A stretch of DNA of 64,000 nt from assembly GCA_965279375.1 (NCBI GenBank), contig OZ257156.1, positions 3,232,001 through 3,296,000 on the forward strand, read 5' to 3'. Shown piece after piece: positions 19,072-28,905 of the stretch. Both the position numbers and the translations under genes were made by a program. The notes below the pieces were generated by a model. It made no database searches. It was not told the origin of the DNA and saw only the letters and a program-made list of their open reading frames with translations. Position 1 is the stretch's first letter, and every line of letters begins with the position of its first letter. This DNA is from Gemmatimonas sp. Its GTDB lineage: Bacteria > Gemmatimonadota > Gemmatimonadetes > Gemmatimonadales > Gemmatimonadaceae.

Positions 19072-19632
19072 ATGCGACAGCTGTTCTCGCCGCGCGCGTT
19101 CGCGCTGGCCCTCGCGATTCCCGTCCTGGCGGCTTGCTCGGACGACAACAACGACGGCGGCGGCATCACCACGCCCACGACGCCCGTCCGCACCTACACG
19201 CAGGTCGAGCGACTCGGCAATCCGCTCGTCAGCGAAGTGTTCTTCATGAAGCGCGATCACGGCCTGCACAACAGCACCGCACCGGCCACCGATGTCGCCA
19301 ATGATTTTGGTGGCAAGATCAAGGCGTTCACGAACGCGTTCAACCGTGGTCCTGCCATCGCCAACACGCTCGCGGCGGTGCTCGTCCCCGACATGTTGAT
19401 GGTCTACCCCAATCGCGCGGCGAACACCTCTGGTTGGTTGAGCTGGGCGCTCGCCAATGGCTACGGCGGACGCAATCTGCAGGATGACGTCGTCGACGCC
19501 GGCCTCACCGCCATCTTTGGCAAGCTGCTCGATCCGACGGCGACCGCGTTGGCTGGACTCACGTCGGACAACATCAGTACGTCGACGCGCACGTACCTGA
19601 CGACCTTCCCGTACCTGGAAGCGGCACGCTGA
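19072..19632 (+). CDS. DUF4331 family lipoprotein, C-terminal half
   Basis: Lipobox LAAC, then QVERLGNPLVSE, PDML, GGRNLQDDVVD and FPYL. Confidence 0.82.
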   Translation: MRQLFSPRAFALALAIPVLAACSDDNNDGGGITTPTTPVRTYTQVERLGNPLVSEVFFMKRDHGLHNSTAPATDVANDFGGKIKAFTNAFNRGPAIANTLAAVLVPDMLMVYPNRAANTSGWLSWALANGYGGRNLQDDVVDAGLTAIFGKLLDPTATALAGLTSDNISTSTRTYLTTFPYLEAAR

Positions 19633-20876
19633 TGTCGATACGGACGATGCGTCGGCTGGTACTCGTTGCCATCGCTGCGGCACTTGGCGGTCTGGCCATC
19701 GTCCGTACGTCAGACCTCACGCCGGCCGCGACAAGGCAAACCACGAAAATCGCGGCGGTACAGCACGAACCCGGATTCTCCGAACGCGATATGCGCGACG
19801 AGCAGATTCGGGTGTGGCATCAGGCCCTCGATGCCGACCCAACGAGCGCGATTGCGTTGGGTCAGCTCGCAGCCTTGCATCTGCAGCGTGCCCGCGAAGG
19901 CGGCACGTGGGATGACTACGTACAGGCCGAGTCATTCGCGCGTCGCTCGCTCGGCAAACGGACACAACGCAATGCGGCGACCGCCTCGACGCTGGTCTCT
20001 GTGTTGCTGGCGCAGCATCGCTTCACGGAAGCGCGCGATGTGGCGGCCGAACTGGTGGAGCGCGAGCCCGACATCCCGCAGTATCGCGCCACGCTCGGCG
20101 AAGTCGCCATGGAGCTTGGTGACGACGCGACGGCCGAGCGGATGTTTCGCTCGGTGTGGCGGGAGCGCCATCTGTTGACGATCGCGCCGCGCGTTGCGCG
20201 TTGGCTCGAACTCACCAATCATGTTCGCGAGGCGCGGCAGCTACTGATTGCGGCGCGCAACGACGCCGTATCGCGACGCGACGTGGCCAAGGAAACGCAG
20301 GCCTGGTTCGAGATGCGCGTCGGCGACCTGGAGCTGCGCGACGGGCATCTGCGCGCAGCCGAGACGGCGTTCCGCGCGGGGCTGGCCATCGAGCCGGATG
20401 ATCCGCGACTTCTTGCGGCAATGGCGCGACTGGCCGACGCGAAGGGCAACGCGGCTGATGTCGCATCGTGGGGAGAACGCGCCATCGGATTGCAGCTCGA
20501 TCCAGCAACGCTCGGCCTCGTAGGCGATGCGTACGCCGCGCAGGGCGATAGTGCACGGGCGGCGGAATACTTCCAGTCTCTCGAAGTCGCGGTCAGCATG
20601 CAGCCGGGAGCGTATCATCGCGCGTGGAGCCTGTACCTGCTCGAGCACGGCCTCCGTGTGGACGACGTGCTGCGCAAGGCGCAGGACGAACTGGTGCAAC
20701 GCAAGGACATCTACGGCTACGACATTCTGGCGCTCGCGCTCTACAAGTCCGGGCGACAGGCGGAGGCACAAGAGGCGATGCGGCAAGCGCTGCGACTGAA
20801 CACGCCCGATCCGCTGTTGCGCCGTCATGCGCAGCTGATCAACGCGCCGTTGATCGCCTCGGCCGTGGTGCGCTGA
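19632..20876 (+). CDS. Tetratricopeptide repeat protein with N-terminal membrane/signal segment
   Basis: Ala/Leu-rich helical repeats (e.g. AETAFRAGLAIEPDD, ALALYKSGRQAEA). TGATG coupling to the upstream gene. Confidence 0.82.
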   Translation: MSIRTMRRLVLVAIAAALGGLAIVRTSDLTPAATRQTTKIAAVQHEPGFSERDMRDEQIRVWHQALDADPTSAIALGQLAALHLQRAREGGTWDDYVQAESFARRSLGKRTQRNAATASTLVSVLLAQHRFTEARDVAAELVEREPDIPQYRATLGEVAMELGDDATAERMFRSVWRERHLLTIAPRVARWLELTNHVREARQLLIAARNDAVSRRDVAKETQAWFEMRVGDLELRDGHLRAAETAFRAGLAIEPDDPRLLAAMARLADAKGNAADVASWGERAIGLQLDPATLGLVGDAYAAQGDSARAAEYFQSLEVAVSMQPGAYHRAWSLYLLEHGLRVDDVLRKAQDELVQRKDIYGYDILALALYKSGRQAEAQEAMRQALRLNTPDPLLRRHAQLINAPLIASAVVR

Positions 20877-20878
20877 AC

Positions 20879-21484
20879 ATGTCGGAACTCTGGGCATTCG
20901 CGCAGCTGGGATTCGGACACATCGTCGCGTGGGATGCGGCGGATCACATTCTGTTCCTGCTGGTTCTGGCGGCTATCTACCGCGGCCGCGATTGGCGCGC
21001 GGCGCTGGCGGTGATCAGCGCGTTCACTGTTGGTCATTCGCTGACGCTCGCGCTCGCGGTCACCGATACGCTCGTGCTCCCTTCCCGCATCGTCGAATTT
21101 CTGATTCCCGTGACGATCGTCGCGACGGGCGTTGAGAATCTGTGGCTGCGCGAACGAGCCGCTGCGGGAACGTCAGCGAGACATCGGCCAATCTTCGCCG
21201 GCCTGTTCGGCCTTGTGCATGGCGCTGGCTTTGCGGGCTACCTCAAGAGTCTCTTCGTGGCGCAGCTCGCGCTCCCGTTGCTTGGCTTCAACCTTGGCAT
21301 CGAGGTGGGGCAGTTGGTCGTGCTCGCCGCCGCTGCGGTCGTATTCCTCACCGGCGATCGACTGTTGCGCGTACTGTTCGCGCCGCGGACCGCCTCGAGT
21401 GCGTTTCAGTGGCGACTGATGTGTGTGTCCGCCGTCATCACCGTGATCGCGAGCGGGTGGGCGTGGGAGCGCTTTCCGCGATGA
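20879..21484 (+). CDS. HupE/UreJ-family membrane protein
   Basis: GFGHI...DHILF, FTVGHSLTL, VEFLIP, FGLVHGAGFA and FNLGIEVGQ. Confidence 0.88.
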   Translation: MSELWAFAQLGFGHIVAWDAADHILFLLVLAAIYRGRDWRAALAVISAFTVGHSLTLALAVTDTLVLPSRIVEFLIPVTIVATGVENLWLRERAAAGTSARHRPIFAGLFGLVHGAGFAGYLKSLFVAQLALPLLGFNLGIEVGQLVVLAAAAVVFLTGDRLLRVLFAPRTASSAFQWRLMCVSAVITVIASGWAWERFPR

Positions 21485-21990
21485 GCACGAACGTGTGGCG
21501 GCGGTGGGGAGTGGTCGCGGCCTCGATGGCAATGCTGGTTGCCTCGCCACGACTGGCGCACGCGCACGCGATCCATACCACGATGACTGTGGTGACCGCC
21601 GATGCCGGAGGGGTCACGCTGCGCATTCGATCGTTCGCGGATGACTTCTCCGGCGCCGTTGCTCGGTATGCCGGCCGGTCGGCTCCTCGCGATTCGTCCG
21701 TGCTGGAGGCCGAAGTGCTGCGCTATGTGCGAGCGCAGTTCACTGCGGCGTCGTCAAGCGGCACTGCACTGCAACTCAGCTCCTGTGGCATCACACGCGC
21801 CAAGGAGCTGTACTGGGTGTGTGTGCGCATTGACGGTGCGCGATCGCTGGCCGGCCTGCTGCTGCGCAACCGCATGCTGACCGAATGGCACGCCGATCAG
21901 GTGAACATCGTGCAGGTTGAAGGCCCCAAATCCCGACGAACGATGCTCTTCACGAAGAACAGTGCTCCCGCCGCTATCGGCGCGGCATGA
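21481..21990 (+). CDS. DUF6702-like exported protein
   Basis: Signal peptide ending AHA followed by HAIHTT, IRSFADDF and NRMLTEWHADQVNIV. ATGA overlap with the HupE gene. Confidence 0.7.
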   Translation: MSTNVWRRWGVVAASMAMLVASPRLAHAHAIHTTMTVVTADAGGVTLRIRSFADDFSGAVARYAGRSAPRDSSVLEAEVLRYVRAQFTAASSSGTALQLSSCGITRAKELYWVCVRIDGARSLAGLLLRNRMLTEWHADQVNIVQVEGPKSRRTMLFTKNSAPAAIGAA

Positions 21991-23056
21991 GCACGGTGTA
22001 GTCGAAGTCGAGCACGACCGCAGGATCGTACGCGCCGTTCGCGTCCTGGTACGGAAAGTCTGCACAGGCGCGATCCTTCGTCGCGACGGTGCGCAGGCGC
22101 ATCGCACCTATGTCCGATCGCCCGGGCAGCGCGTCCTTCGACAACACCTCCGTCCACGCATAGATGGTGTCGCCCGCGAAACAGGGCGCCACGTGCCGCC
22201 CTCCGTTGATGGCCGCGATCGTCTGCGCGTTCGCCAAGCCGTTGAACGACAGCGCACGTGCGAGGCTGATGATGTGGCCACCGTACACGATCCGTCGCCC
22301 GAAGCGTCCCTCGCGTTCCACGTGCGAGTTGAAGTGCACCTTGGCCGTGTTCTGGTAGAGCCGAGCCGCGAGCATGTGCTCCGCCTCCTCGATTGTCATA
22401 CCGTCCACATGATCGATGTGCTCGCCGACGGCGTAGTCGTCCCAGAGAAACGGACTGCCGGCCATGGTCGTGTCGTAGCGCCCCGGTGCGACGGCGTACG
22501 GCACGTGCAGCGTTGCAGTTGCCACAGATTCAGACAACTCGGGGACGACTGGCGTCGGGGCCGCTGCCGACACAGCGCGCTTGCGCACCATGGCCCAGCG
22601 CGTGTACTCGACCACCATCGCACCATGCTGATTGGTTCCCACCGAGCGCACGTACACGACGCCGGTCTTTCCGTCCTTGTTCTCCTTTACGCCCAGCACG
22701 GTGGACGTGGTCGTCACCGTGTCGCCCGGATACAGCGGCTCACCAAACCGACCGTCGGCGTAACCCAGATTGGCGATGGCGTTGAGCGATACGTCAGGCA
22801 CGGTCTTGCCAAAGACCAGGTGAAACGCGAGCAGACTATCCACCGGCGCGGTGGGCAAGCCAAGCGATTGCGCGAACGGCGCTGACGAGTTGATCGCGAA
22901 GCGCCCGCCGAAGAGCGCTGTGTAGAGCGCGACCTCGCCGGTCGTAACCGTGCGCGGCGTGGCGTGCTGAATGACTTGTCCGAGAAAGAAGTTCTCGAAG
23001 AAGTTGCCAGCACGCGTCTTACCGGTGAGTCCGGTGTCGACCGGCGTCGCGTTCAT
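21974..23056 (-). CDS. mch: Mesaconyl-C1-CoA hydratase (beta-methylmalyl-CoA dehydratase), double MaoC/hotdog fold
   Basis: GNFFENF...HATPRT, FHLVFGKTVPDVSLNAIANLGY, YQNTAKVHFN and VYGGHIISLARALSFNGL. Confidence 0.92.
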   Translation of the reverse strand: MNATPVDTGLTGKTRAGNFFENFFLGQVIQHATPRTVTTGEVALYTALFGGRFAINSSAPFAQSLGLPTAPVDSLLAFHLVFGKTVPDVSLNAIANLGYADGRFGEPLYPGDTVTTTSTVLGVKENKDGKTGVVYVRSVGTNQHGAMVVEYTRWAMVRKRAVSAAAPTPVVPELSESVATATLHVPYAVAPGRYDTTMAGSPFLWDDYAVGEHIDHVDGMTIEEAEHMLAARLYQNTAKVHFNSHVEREGRFGRRIVYGGHIISLARALSFNGLANAQTIAAINGGRHVAPCFAGDTIYAWTEVLSKDALPGRSDIGAMRLRTVATKDRACADFPYQDANGAYDPAVVLDFDYTVLMPRR

Positions 23057-23060
23057 CGGT

Positions 23061-24104
23061 TCAGAACCCATAGGCTGCAGCGAGCTCCGGATCCTTTCGT
23101 GCGACGAGCTCTGCGAGGTCCACGATCACCTTCGCCTGCTTCCACGTCGCGTCGTCCTGCATCTTCCCGTCGATAGTGGCCACACCGCTGCCCGACGGAA
23201 TCGCCTCGATCACGCGCTTGGCGAACAGCACTTCCTTCACATCCGGACTGAAGACACGACGCGCGATGGCGATTTGATTGGGAGCGAGTGACCACGCGCC
23301 GCTGCATCCCATGATGAATGCGTTGCGGAACTGTGCCTCGCATCCCGCTTCGTCCTTGAGATCGCCAAACGGACCGTAGAACGCACGGATACCGTGTGAC
23401 ACGCAAGCGTCCACCATGCGCGCGACGGTGTAGTGCCACAGATCCTGCTGCACGAACGTTCGCGCCGCGCCATCGTCGGTTGGATCACCCAGCACGCCGT
23501 AGAATGGATGCCCGCCGCCGACTCGCGTTGTCTTCATGCCGCGCGATGCCGCAAGATCCGCCGGCCCGAGGCTCATGCCATGCATACGCGGACTCGCGCC
23601 CGCGATCTGCTCGACGTTCTTGACCCCTTCGGCGGTCTCCAGAAGCGCATGCAGCAGGATGGGGCGCTTCACCTGATAGCGCGCCTCCAGCAACGCGAGA
23701 TACTGATCGACAAAGTGGATGTCCCACGGTCCCTCCACCTTGGGAATCATGAACACGTCCACCTTGTTGCCGGCTTCGCGCACGATGTCGTGCAGATCGT
23801 CGAGGAACCACGGGCTGTTGAGACAGTTCACTCGCACCCAGAGTGCGGTGTCGCCAAAGTCATTGTCGCGCGCAACGCTGATGAACCCCTGTCGCGCCGC
23901 TTCCTTGTCGTCGATGGGGATAGCGTCTTCCAGATTGCCGCAGAGGACATCGGTCTGCTTGGCCATCTCGGGCACACGGGCGCGGATCTTCTCGATGTGC
24001 GGCGGAAAGAAGTGAATCATCCGCTCGGGGCGCACCGGGAGTTCGCGCAACGGCACAGGTGCACCGATGGCGAGCGGCTTGTAGAAATTCACAGGGAGCT
24101 TCAT
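23061..24104 (-). CDS. mcl: (S)-malyl-CoA/beta-methylmalyl-CoA/(S)-citramalyl-CoA lyase, Chloroflexus type
   Basis: [11 protein letters not shown]...[47 protein letters not shown] and [11 protein letters not shown] match the C. aurantiacus MMC lyase as recalled. Confidence 0.93.
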   Translation of the reverse strand: MKLPVNFYKPLAIGAPVPLRELPVRPERMIHFFPPHIEKIRARVPEMAKQTDVLCGNLEDAIPIDDKEAARQGFISVARDNDFGDTALWVRVNCLNSPWFLDDLHDIVREAGNKVDVFMIPKVEGPWDIHFVDQYLALLEARYQVKRPILLHALLETAEGVKNVEQIAGASPRMHGMSLGPADLAASRGMKTTRVGGGHPFYGVLGDPTDDGAARTFVQQDLWHYTVARMVDACVSHGIRAFYGPFGDLKDEAGCEAQFRNAFIMGCSGAWSLAPNQIAIARRVFSPDVKEVLFAKRVIEAIPSGSGVATIDGKMQDDATWKQAKVIVDLAELVARKDPELAAAYGF

Positions 24105-24140
24105 ACCGGTTACCAGTTTCGGGTTACGGGTGGCGAGTAG

Positions 24141-25361
24141 TTAGGAGACGGGCCCCGACACCACATGCGCGTCGTGGAGTGCGCCAACGGCGGCGGCGCT
24201 GAGGCCGAGCACGTCGAGCAGGATCTCGTCGGTGTGTTGGCCGAGTCGTGGAGCGCTGGCTGCGGGGAGTCGGTCGGAGGCGCTGAAGTGCAGGGGAGTG
24301 CCGGGAGTCAGATAGTGGCCGGTATCCGGATGCGTCACGTCAGCAAACAGCGGGTTGTCTGTTGAGAGATCGAGATCTTCCAACAGCGCTTCGCGCACCG
24401 TCCGATACGGGCCCCATGTCACGCGATGTGCGTCCAGCGTCGTGCGCACATCGGTCAGCGGGCGTGCGGCAAACCACGGTTCGAGCAGCGCGGCGATCTG
24501 TTCGCGTGCCAGGAACCGGTTGCCCTCGGTCGCGAGATCGAGCCCCAGCGACTCGCCGAGCGCGCGCACATCCTCGGCGATGCCCGTTGCCTTCACCAGT
24601 GTGCTCCACTGCAGCTCCGTGAGTCCGACGACCATCACGCGCGCACCGTCCGCCGTGGTGAAATCGCGTCCGAAGGCACCGTACAGGTAGTTGCCGTAAC
24701 GCGGCCGATCCTCATCGTTGACGGACACTTCCGCGATCATCCCCAGATTGCCGAGCATCGCCAGCCCGACATCCTTGAGTGCGAGCGTCACGAGCTGCCC
24801 CTCACGCGTACGCGAGCGATGGCGTTCGGCTGCGAGAATCGCCACCGCGATCATGTTCCCCGTGATGGCGTCCCACGCCGGAAATACATGGTTAACCGGA
24901 TCGGACGCGTCGGGTGCGCCTGTCAGGGCGGGGAAGCCGAGCGCAGGATTGACGGTATAGTCCACCTCGGATCCGCCGTCCCGGCGGCCGAGGAGGTTGA
25001 CCATGATCAGATCGTCGCGCTGGGCGCGCAGGCGTTCGTAGTCGAGCCAGCCGCGCGCGGGGAAGTTGGTGCTGAAGATGCCGGCGTCCGCACCCGGTGC
25101 GCAGATCAGTTGCGTGAGCAATTCCTGGCCGCGCGGGTTTCGCAAATCCACCGCAATCGATCGCTTGCCCTTGTTGAGCCCATCCCAGAACAGGCTATGG
25201 CCCGTCGACTGTGAGACGGGCCAGCGTCGATAGTCGAGGCCACCGCCAATCTGATCGAAGCGGATCACATCAGCGCCAAGCTGGGCCAGCGTCATGCCAC
25301 CCAGCGGCGCCGCGACGAACGCGGACCCTTCGACGATGCGCATGCCGCGCAACACGCCCAT
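24141..25361 (-). CDS. mct: Mesaconyl-CoA C1-C4 CoA transferase (2-methylfumaryl-CoA isomerase), family III
   Basis: EGSAFVAAPLGGMTLAQLGADVIRFD, GRRDGGSEVDYTVNP, NHVFPAWD and GNYLYGAFGRDF are diagnostic of Mct. Confidence 0.93.
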   Translation of the reverse strand: MGVLRGMRIVEGSAFVAAPLGGMTLAQLGADVIRFDQIGGGLDYRRWPVSQSTGHSLFWDGLNKGKRSIAVDLRNPRGQELLTQLICAPGADAGIFSTNFPARGWLDYERLRAQRDDLIMVNLLGRRDGGSEVDYTVNPALGFPALTGAPDASDPVNHVFPAWDAITGNMIAVAILAAERHRSRTREGQLVTLALKDVGLAMLGNLGMIAEVSVNDEDRPRYGNYLYGAFGRDFTTADGARVMVVGLTELQWSTLVKATGIAEDVRALGESLGLDLATEGNRFLAREQIAALLEPWFAARPLTDVRTTLDAHRVTWGPYRTVREALLEDLDLSTDNPLFADVTHPDTGHYLTPGTPLHFSASDRLPAASAPRLGQHTDEILLDVLGLSAAAVGALHDAHVVSGPVS

Positions 25362-26587
25362 CAGATGACCCGCTTCTGCCGCAGCGTTGCGATCTCCGAA
25401 TCGCTCAGTTCCAGCAATTCTCGCAGCACTTCGTCGGTGTGTTGCCCAAGCGTGGGGCCTAGGCTGCGGATGCTCCCGGGCGTCTCTGACAGCAGCGGTA
25501 CAGGTGACGGCACGATGATGGACTCACCGGTCGAGGGTTCGTCCACCGCCACAAGATTGCGGCGCGCGTGAAACTGACGATCGCCAAAGATGTCCGCGAT
25601 GTTGTTGAGCGGTCCTGCCGGCGTATCGGTGGCGTAGCAGCGCTCGAGCACCTCTTCTCTCGTAAGCGAGCCGCACCAGTCGCGGACGATCTCGTTCACG
25701 TCGTGGCGGTGATGCAACCGCGTCTTCTGCTCGCCGTATGTACTCGACGAGGCAAGCTCGGGGCGGCCCATCGCCAGTGCCAGTCGCATGAACAGCTTGT
25801 CGGTGGCGCACGAAATGGCCACCCACTTGCCGTCCTTGGTGGCAAAGTGTCCGTGAGGACAGGCGAAGTCGTTGTGCGACGAGCCCAGTCGCTCGCGCAC
25901 GATGCCGTACATCGCAAAGGCGGGTGCCAGCTCCTCGGTGGCGCGGAATACCGATTCATACAGTGCCGCGTCCACGTACTGCCCTTCGCCCGTCGCCTCG
26001 CGATGACGTAGCGCCATCAGCACGCCGAGGCAGCCATAGAGCCCGGTCATGTAGTCGCCGAGCGTCGTGGAGCCCGGGGTCACGGGAGTGCCCTTGGGCA
26101 TACCGGCGAGGTATGCGATGCCGCCGACGGCATGCGCGACACGCGCGAATCCAGGTCGGTCGCTGTAGGGGCCCGTTTGTCCGTAGCCCGTGACCCGCAG
26201 CATGATCAGTCCCGGATTGATCTCGTGCAGCACATCCCACCCCAGGCCCCACTTCTCGAGCGTGCCGGTGCGGAAGTTCTCGCAGAGGATGTCGGTCTTG
26301 GCGACAAGCTGCTTGAACACCTCGACGCCTTCGGGCCGGCGCAGATCGAGCGTGACGGAGCGCTTGTTGCGCCCTTCGCTCATCCACGTGAGCGTATCGC
26401 CGCGCTTGGAGGGGGTGCCGAAGCGACGCAGGGCATCGCCGCCGACCGGATGCTCCACCTTGAGCACGTCCGCGCCGAACTCGCCGAGAATGGTGGCGCA
26501 GTACGGCGCCGCGATCACGGTCGCAATATCCATCACGCGGATGCCGTCCAGCGGCAACGTGCTGTTCGCTTGCTTCGTGGAGGTCAT
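25361..26587 (-). CDS. smtB: Succinyl-CoA:(S)-malate CoA-transferase subunit B
   Basis: Family III CoA-transferase with [41 protein letters not shown] and ISCATDKLF, as recalled for Chloroflexus SmtB. Confidence 0.88.
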   Translation of the reverse strand: MTSTKQANSTLPLDGIRVMDIATVIAAPYCATILGEFGADVLKVEHPVGGDALRRFGTPSKRGDTLTWMSEGRNKRSVTLDLRRPEGVEVFKQLVAKTDILCENFRTGTLEKWGLGWDVLHEINPGLIMLRVTGYGQTGPYSDRPGFARVAHAVGGIAYLAGMPKGTPVTPGSTTLGDYMTGLYGCLGVLMALRHREATGEGQYVDAALYESVFRATEELAPAFAMYGIVRERLGSSHNDFACPHGHFATKDGKWVAISCATDKLFMRLALAMGRPELASSSTYGEQKTRLHHRHDVNEIVRDWCGSLTREEVLERCYATDTPAGPLNNIADIFGDRQFHARRNLVAVDEPSTGESIIVPSPVPLLSETPGSIRSLGPTLGQHTDEVLRELLELSDSEIATLRQKRVI

Positions 26588-26658
26588 GGCTGCGTCGAAA
26601 TCCGCTGAGCGTGAGGCATTCGTCGGTTAACCGTTCGTTGGTCGGCCGCAGGACCGGA

Positions 26659-27909
26659 CTAGATGATCTTGTGTTGCCGCAGGCGCTGAATCTCGGCCGC
26701 CGATATGCCGAGCAGCTCGCGCATGACCTCCACCGTGGCATCACCGAGCGTCGGTCCCAGACTGTCGATGCGCCCGGGCGTCGCCGAGAGCGTTGGCACG
26801 ACGCCTGGCACCACGACATCTCCGATGCCCGGTTCATCGAAGCGCGCGAGGTTGCCGCGGGCGATGAAGTGTTCGTCCTCGAAGATGTCGGCGATGCTGT
26901 TGACCTTCCCCACCGGCACTTCCTCGGCCAGACACTTCGTCAGCACCTCGTCGCGCAGTTGACTCCCCACCCACTCGATCACGAGCTGATTGACGACATC
27001 GCGCGCCGCCAGCCGCTTGCGCTGATCGCCGTACAATCCGGACGACGCGAGCTGCGGTTGCTCCATCGCCACCGAGAGTCGCTCGAACATCTTGTCGGTC
27101 GTGCAGGCGATCGCGATCCACTTGTCGTCTTTCGTGCGGAAGTGCCCGTGCGGACAGGCCACGAAGCTCCCCGATCCTTCGCGCTCGCGAATCCGTCCAT
27201 CCACGCCGTAGGCAGCCGCGATCTCTTCCAACACGCGAAAAACGGCCTCGTAGATGCCAACGTCGATGATCTGCCCCTTGCCGGTCCGTTCCTTGTGGCG
27301 CAGCGCGATCATGATGCCGATCGCCCCGTACAGACTGGCGATGTAGTCGCCGAGGGGCACGGTGCCCGGAAGTACGGGCGTTTCACCCGGAAAGCCCGCG
27401 AGATAGTTCAAGCCACCGAACGCCTGCGCGATGTGCGCAAACCCGGAGCGACGGCGATACGGACCTGTCTGTCCGTAGCCGGATACCCGCAGCATCACGA
27501 GACCCGGGTTTGCGGCGCTGAGTTCCTTCCAGCCGAGTCCCCACTCTTCCATCGTGCCCGGACGGAAGTTCTCGATCAGCACATCCGATTTGGCCACCAG
27601 CTTGAGAAAGAGCTGCACGCCTTCCGGTTGTCGCAGATCGACCGTGACGGACTTCTTGTTGCGCGCCTCACTCAGCCAGTTGAGCGTCGCGTCGGGGCGC
27701 TTGGTCGGCGTGCCGAAGCGCCGCATCGGATCACCCGCGATCGGGTGTTCGACCTTGTACACCTCGGCGCCGAACTCTCCGAGCATCGATGCGGCGTAAG
27801 GGCCGGCGAGAAAGTTGCCGACGTCCAGCACTCGCACGCCGGTGAGCGGGCGTACCGTCTGGCCCTGCTCGGCCGCTGGTGCCGCCTCCGCGTCATTGGC
27901 TCGAGTCAT
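26659..27909 (-). CDS. smtA: Succinyl-CoA:(S)-malate CoA-transferase subunit A
   Basis: Paralogous family III transferase (GNFLAGPYAAS, GFAHIAQAFGG, AGFPGETPVLPGTVPLGDY) directly upstream of smtB. Start trimmed to ATG 27909. Confidence 0.86.
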   Translation of the reverse strand: MTRANDAEAAPAAEQGQTVRPLTGVRVLDVGNFLAGPYAASMLGEFGAEVYKVEHPIAGDPMRRFGTPTKRPDATLNWLSEARNKKSVTVDLRQPEGVQLFLKLVAKSDVLIENFRPGTMEEWGLGWKELSAANPGLVMLRVSGYGQTGPYRRRSGFAHIAQAFGGLNYLAGFPGETPVLPGTVPLGDYIASLYGAIGIMIALRHKERTGKGQIIDVGIYEAVFRVLEEIAAAYGVDGRIREREGSGSFVACPHGHFRTKDDKWIAIACTTDKMFERLSVAMEQPQLASSGLYGDQRKRLAARDVVNQLVIEWVGSQLRDEVLTKCLAEEVPVGKVNSIADIFEDEHFIARGNLARFDEPGIGDVVVPGVVPTLSATPGRIDSLGPTLGDATVEVMRELLGISAAEIQRLRQHKII

Positions 27910-28056
27910 CGCGTGCACTCCCACGAAAGCCTGAAGTTCGGCAGCGCCGATACGGGATCGGGCCGCCGCGAGTATTTTCCACTGAATCACTACCGTCACG
28001 CTGCGCTGCTGCAACTTTGTGCAGCTCTTGAGCGCGCTTCCCGCCTTCGCCCTGTC

Positions 28057-28905
28057 ATGACAGAACCTGTGGTGGAGTATCGCGACTGGATAGGGCGCAT
28101 GGAAAGTCTTCACGATCCGCTCTGTCCAACGCAAGCAGCGGCTGCCGCTGCGACATTCGATGAGCCGGACACGCCCGTCGGCGTTGGTGATCCGCTGCCC
28201 CCACTGTGGCACTGGTTCTACTTTCTGCCTCGCGCGATGCAGCAGACGCTGAACGGCGATGGCCACCCCGCGCGTGGGGAATTCATGCCACCGGTACCGT
28301 ATCCGCGGCGCATGTTCGCTGGCGCGCGCCTCACGGTGCATCGCCCTCTTCTCATTGGGCATGGCGCGCAGCGAGAGGGCGTCATTCGTGATGTCGTGCT
28401 CAAGTCGGGTCGGACAGGAGCGCTCGCCTTTGTCACGGTGGGCTATCGCATCGTGCAGGACGGCGTGCTCTGTATCGAGGAGGAGCAGGACATCGTGTAT
28501 CGGGAGCCGGGTGTTCCGGTGGTGGCGCCGAATGTCACCGCGTTGCCGCCCCTCGCCCCCGGGGTATGGTCACGCATGGTTTCGCCGGACTCACGTCTGC
28601 TCTTTCGGTTTTCGGCGCTAACGTTCAACGCGCACCGAATTCACTACGATCGCGCGTACGCGATGGAGCAGGAGGGGTACCCGGGACTCGTCGTGCACGG
28701 GCCGCTGACCGCCATGCTGATGGTGGGTCTTGTGCGCCAACACTCGCCGCGGTCGGTTCGCGGCTTCACCTTTCGCGGCTTGGCTCCTCTCTTCGACCTC
28801 TCCCCGTTTCGGATTTCCGCCCGCCCGGTCTCGGATGACGTGCACTGTCTGGCGGAAGGCCCGGACGGAAAGCCGGCGCTCGAAGCCACCGTTCAGCTGC
28901 AGTAG
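28057..28905 (+). CDS. meh: Mesaconyl-C4-CoA hydratase (HTD2-like double hotdog)
   Basis: DWIGR, LPPLWHWFYF, DGHP.RG.FMPP, RRMFAG, LFRFSALTFNAHRIHYD and GLVVHGPL. The real start is ATG 28057, not 26611. Confidence 0.88.
   Translation: MTEPVVEYRDWIGRMESLHDPLCPTQAAAAAATFDEPDTPVGVGDPLPPLWHWFYFLPRAMQQTLNGDGHPARGEFMPPVPYPRRMFAGARLTVHRPLLIGHGAQREGVIRDVVLKSGRTGALAFVTVGYRIVQDGVLCIEEEQDIVYREPGVPVVAPNVTALPPLAPGVWSRMVSPDSRLLFRFSALTFNAHRIHYDRAYAMEQEGYPGLVVHGPLTAMLMVGLVRQHSPRSVRGFTFRGLAPLFDLSPFRISARPVSDDVHCLAEGPDGKPALEATVQLQ

Noticed and set aside
21974..24104. mch + mcl read as an ethylmalonyl-CoA pathway
   Set aside because: No ccr, ecm or mcd is in the window, Mcl is Chloroflexus-type, and mct/meh/smtAB point to the 3-HP module.
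26611..28056. Apparent 764-aa fusion ORF ending in meh
   Set aside because: The N-terminal 482 aa are just the antisense of smtA; Meh similarity begins at ATG 28057. Likewise the 26659-28362 and 61180-63096 ORFs are over-extended.
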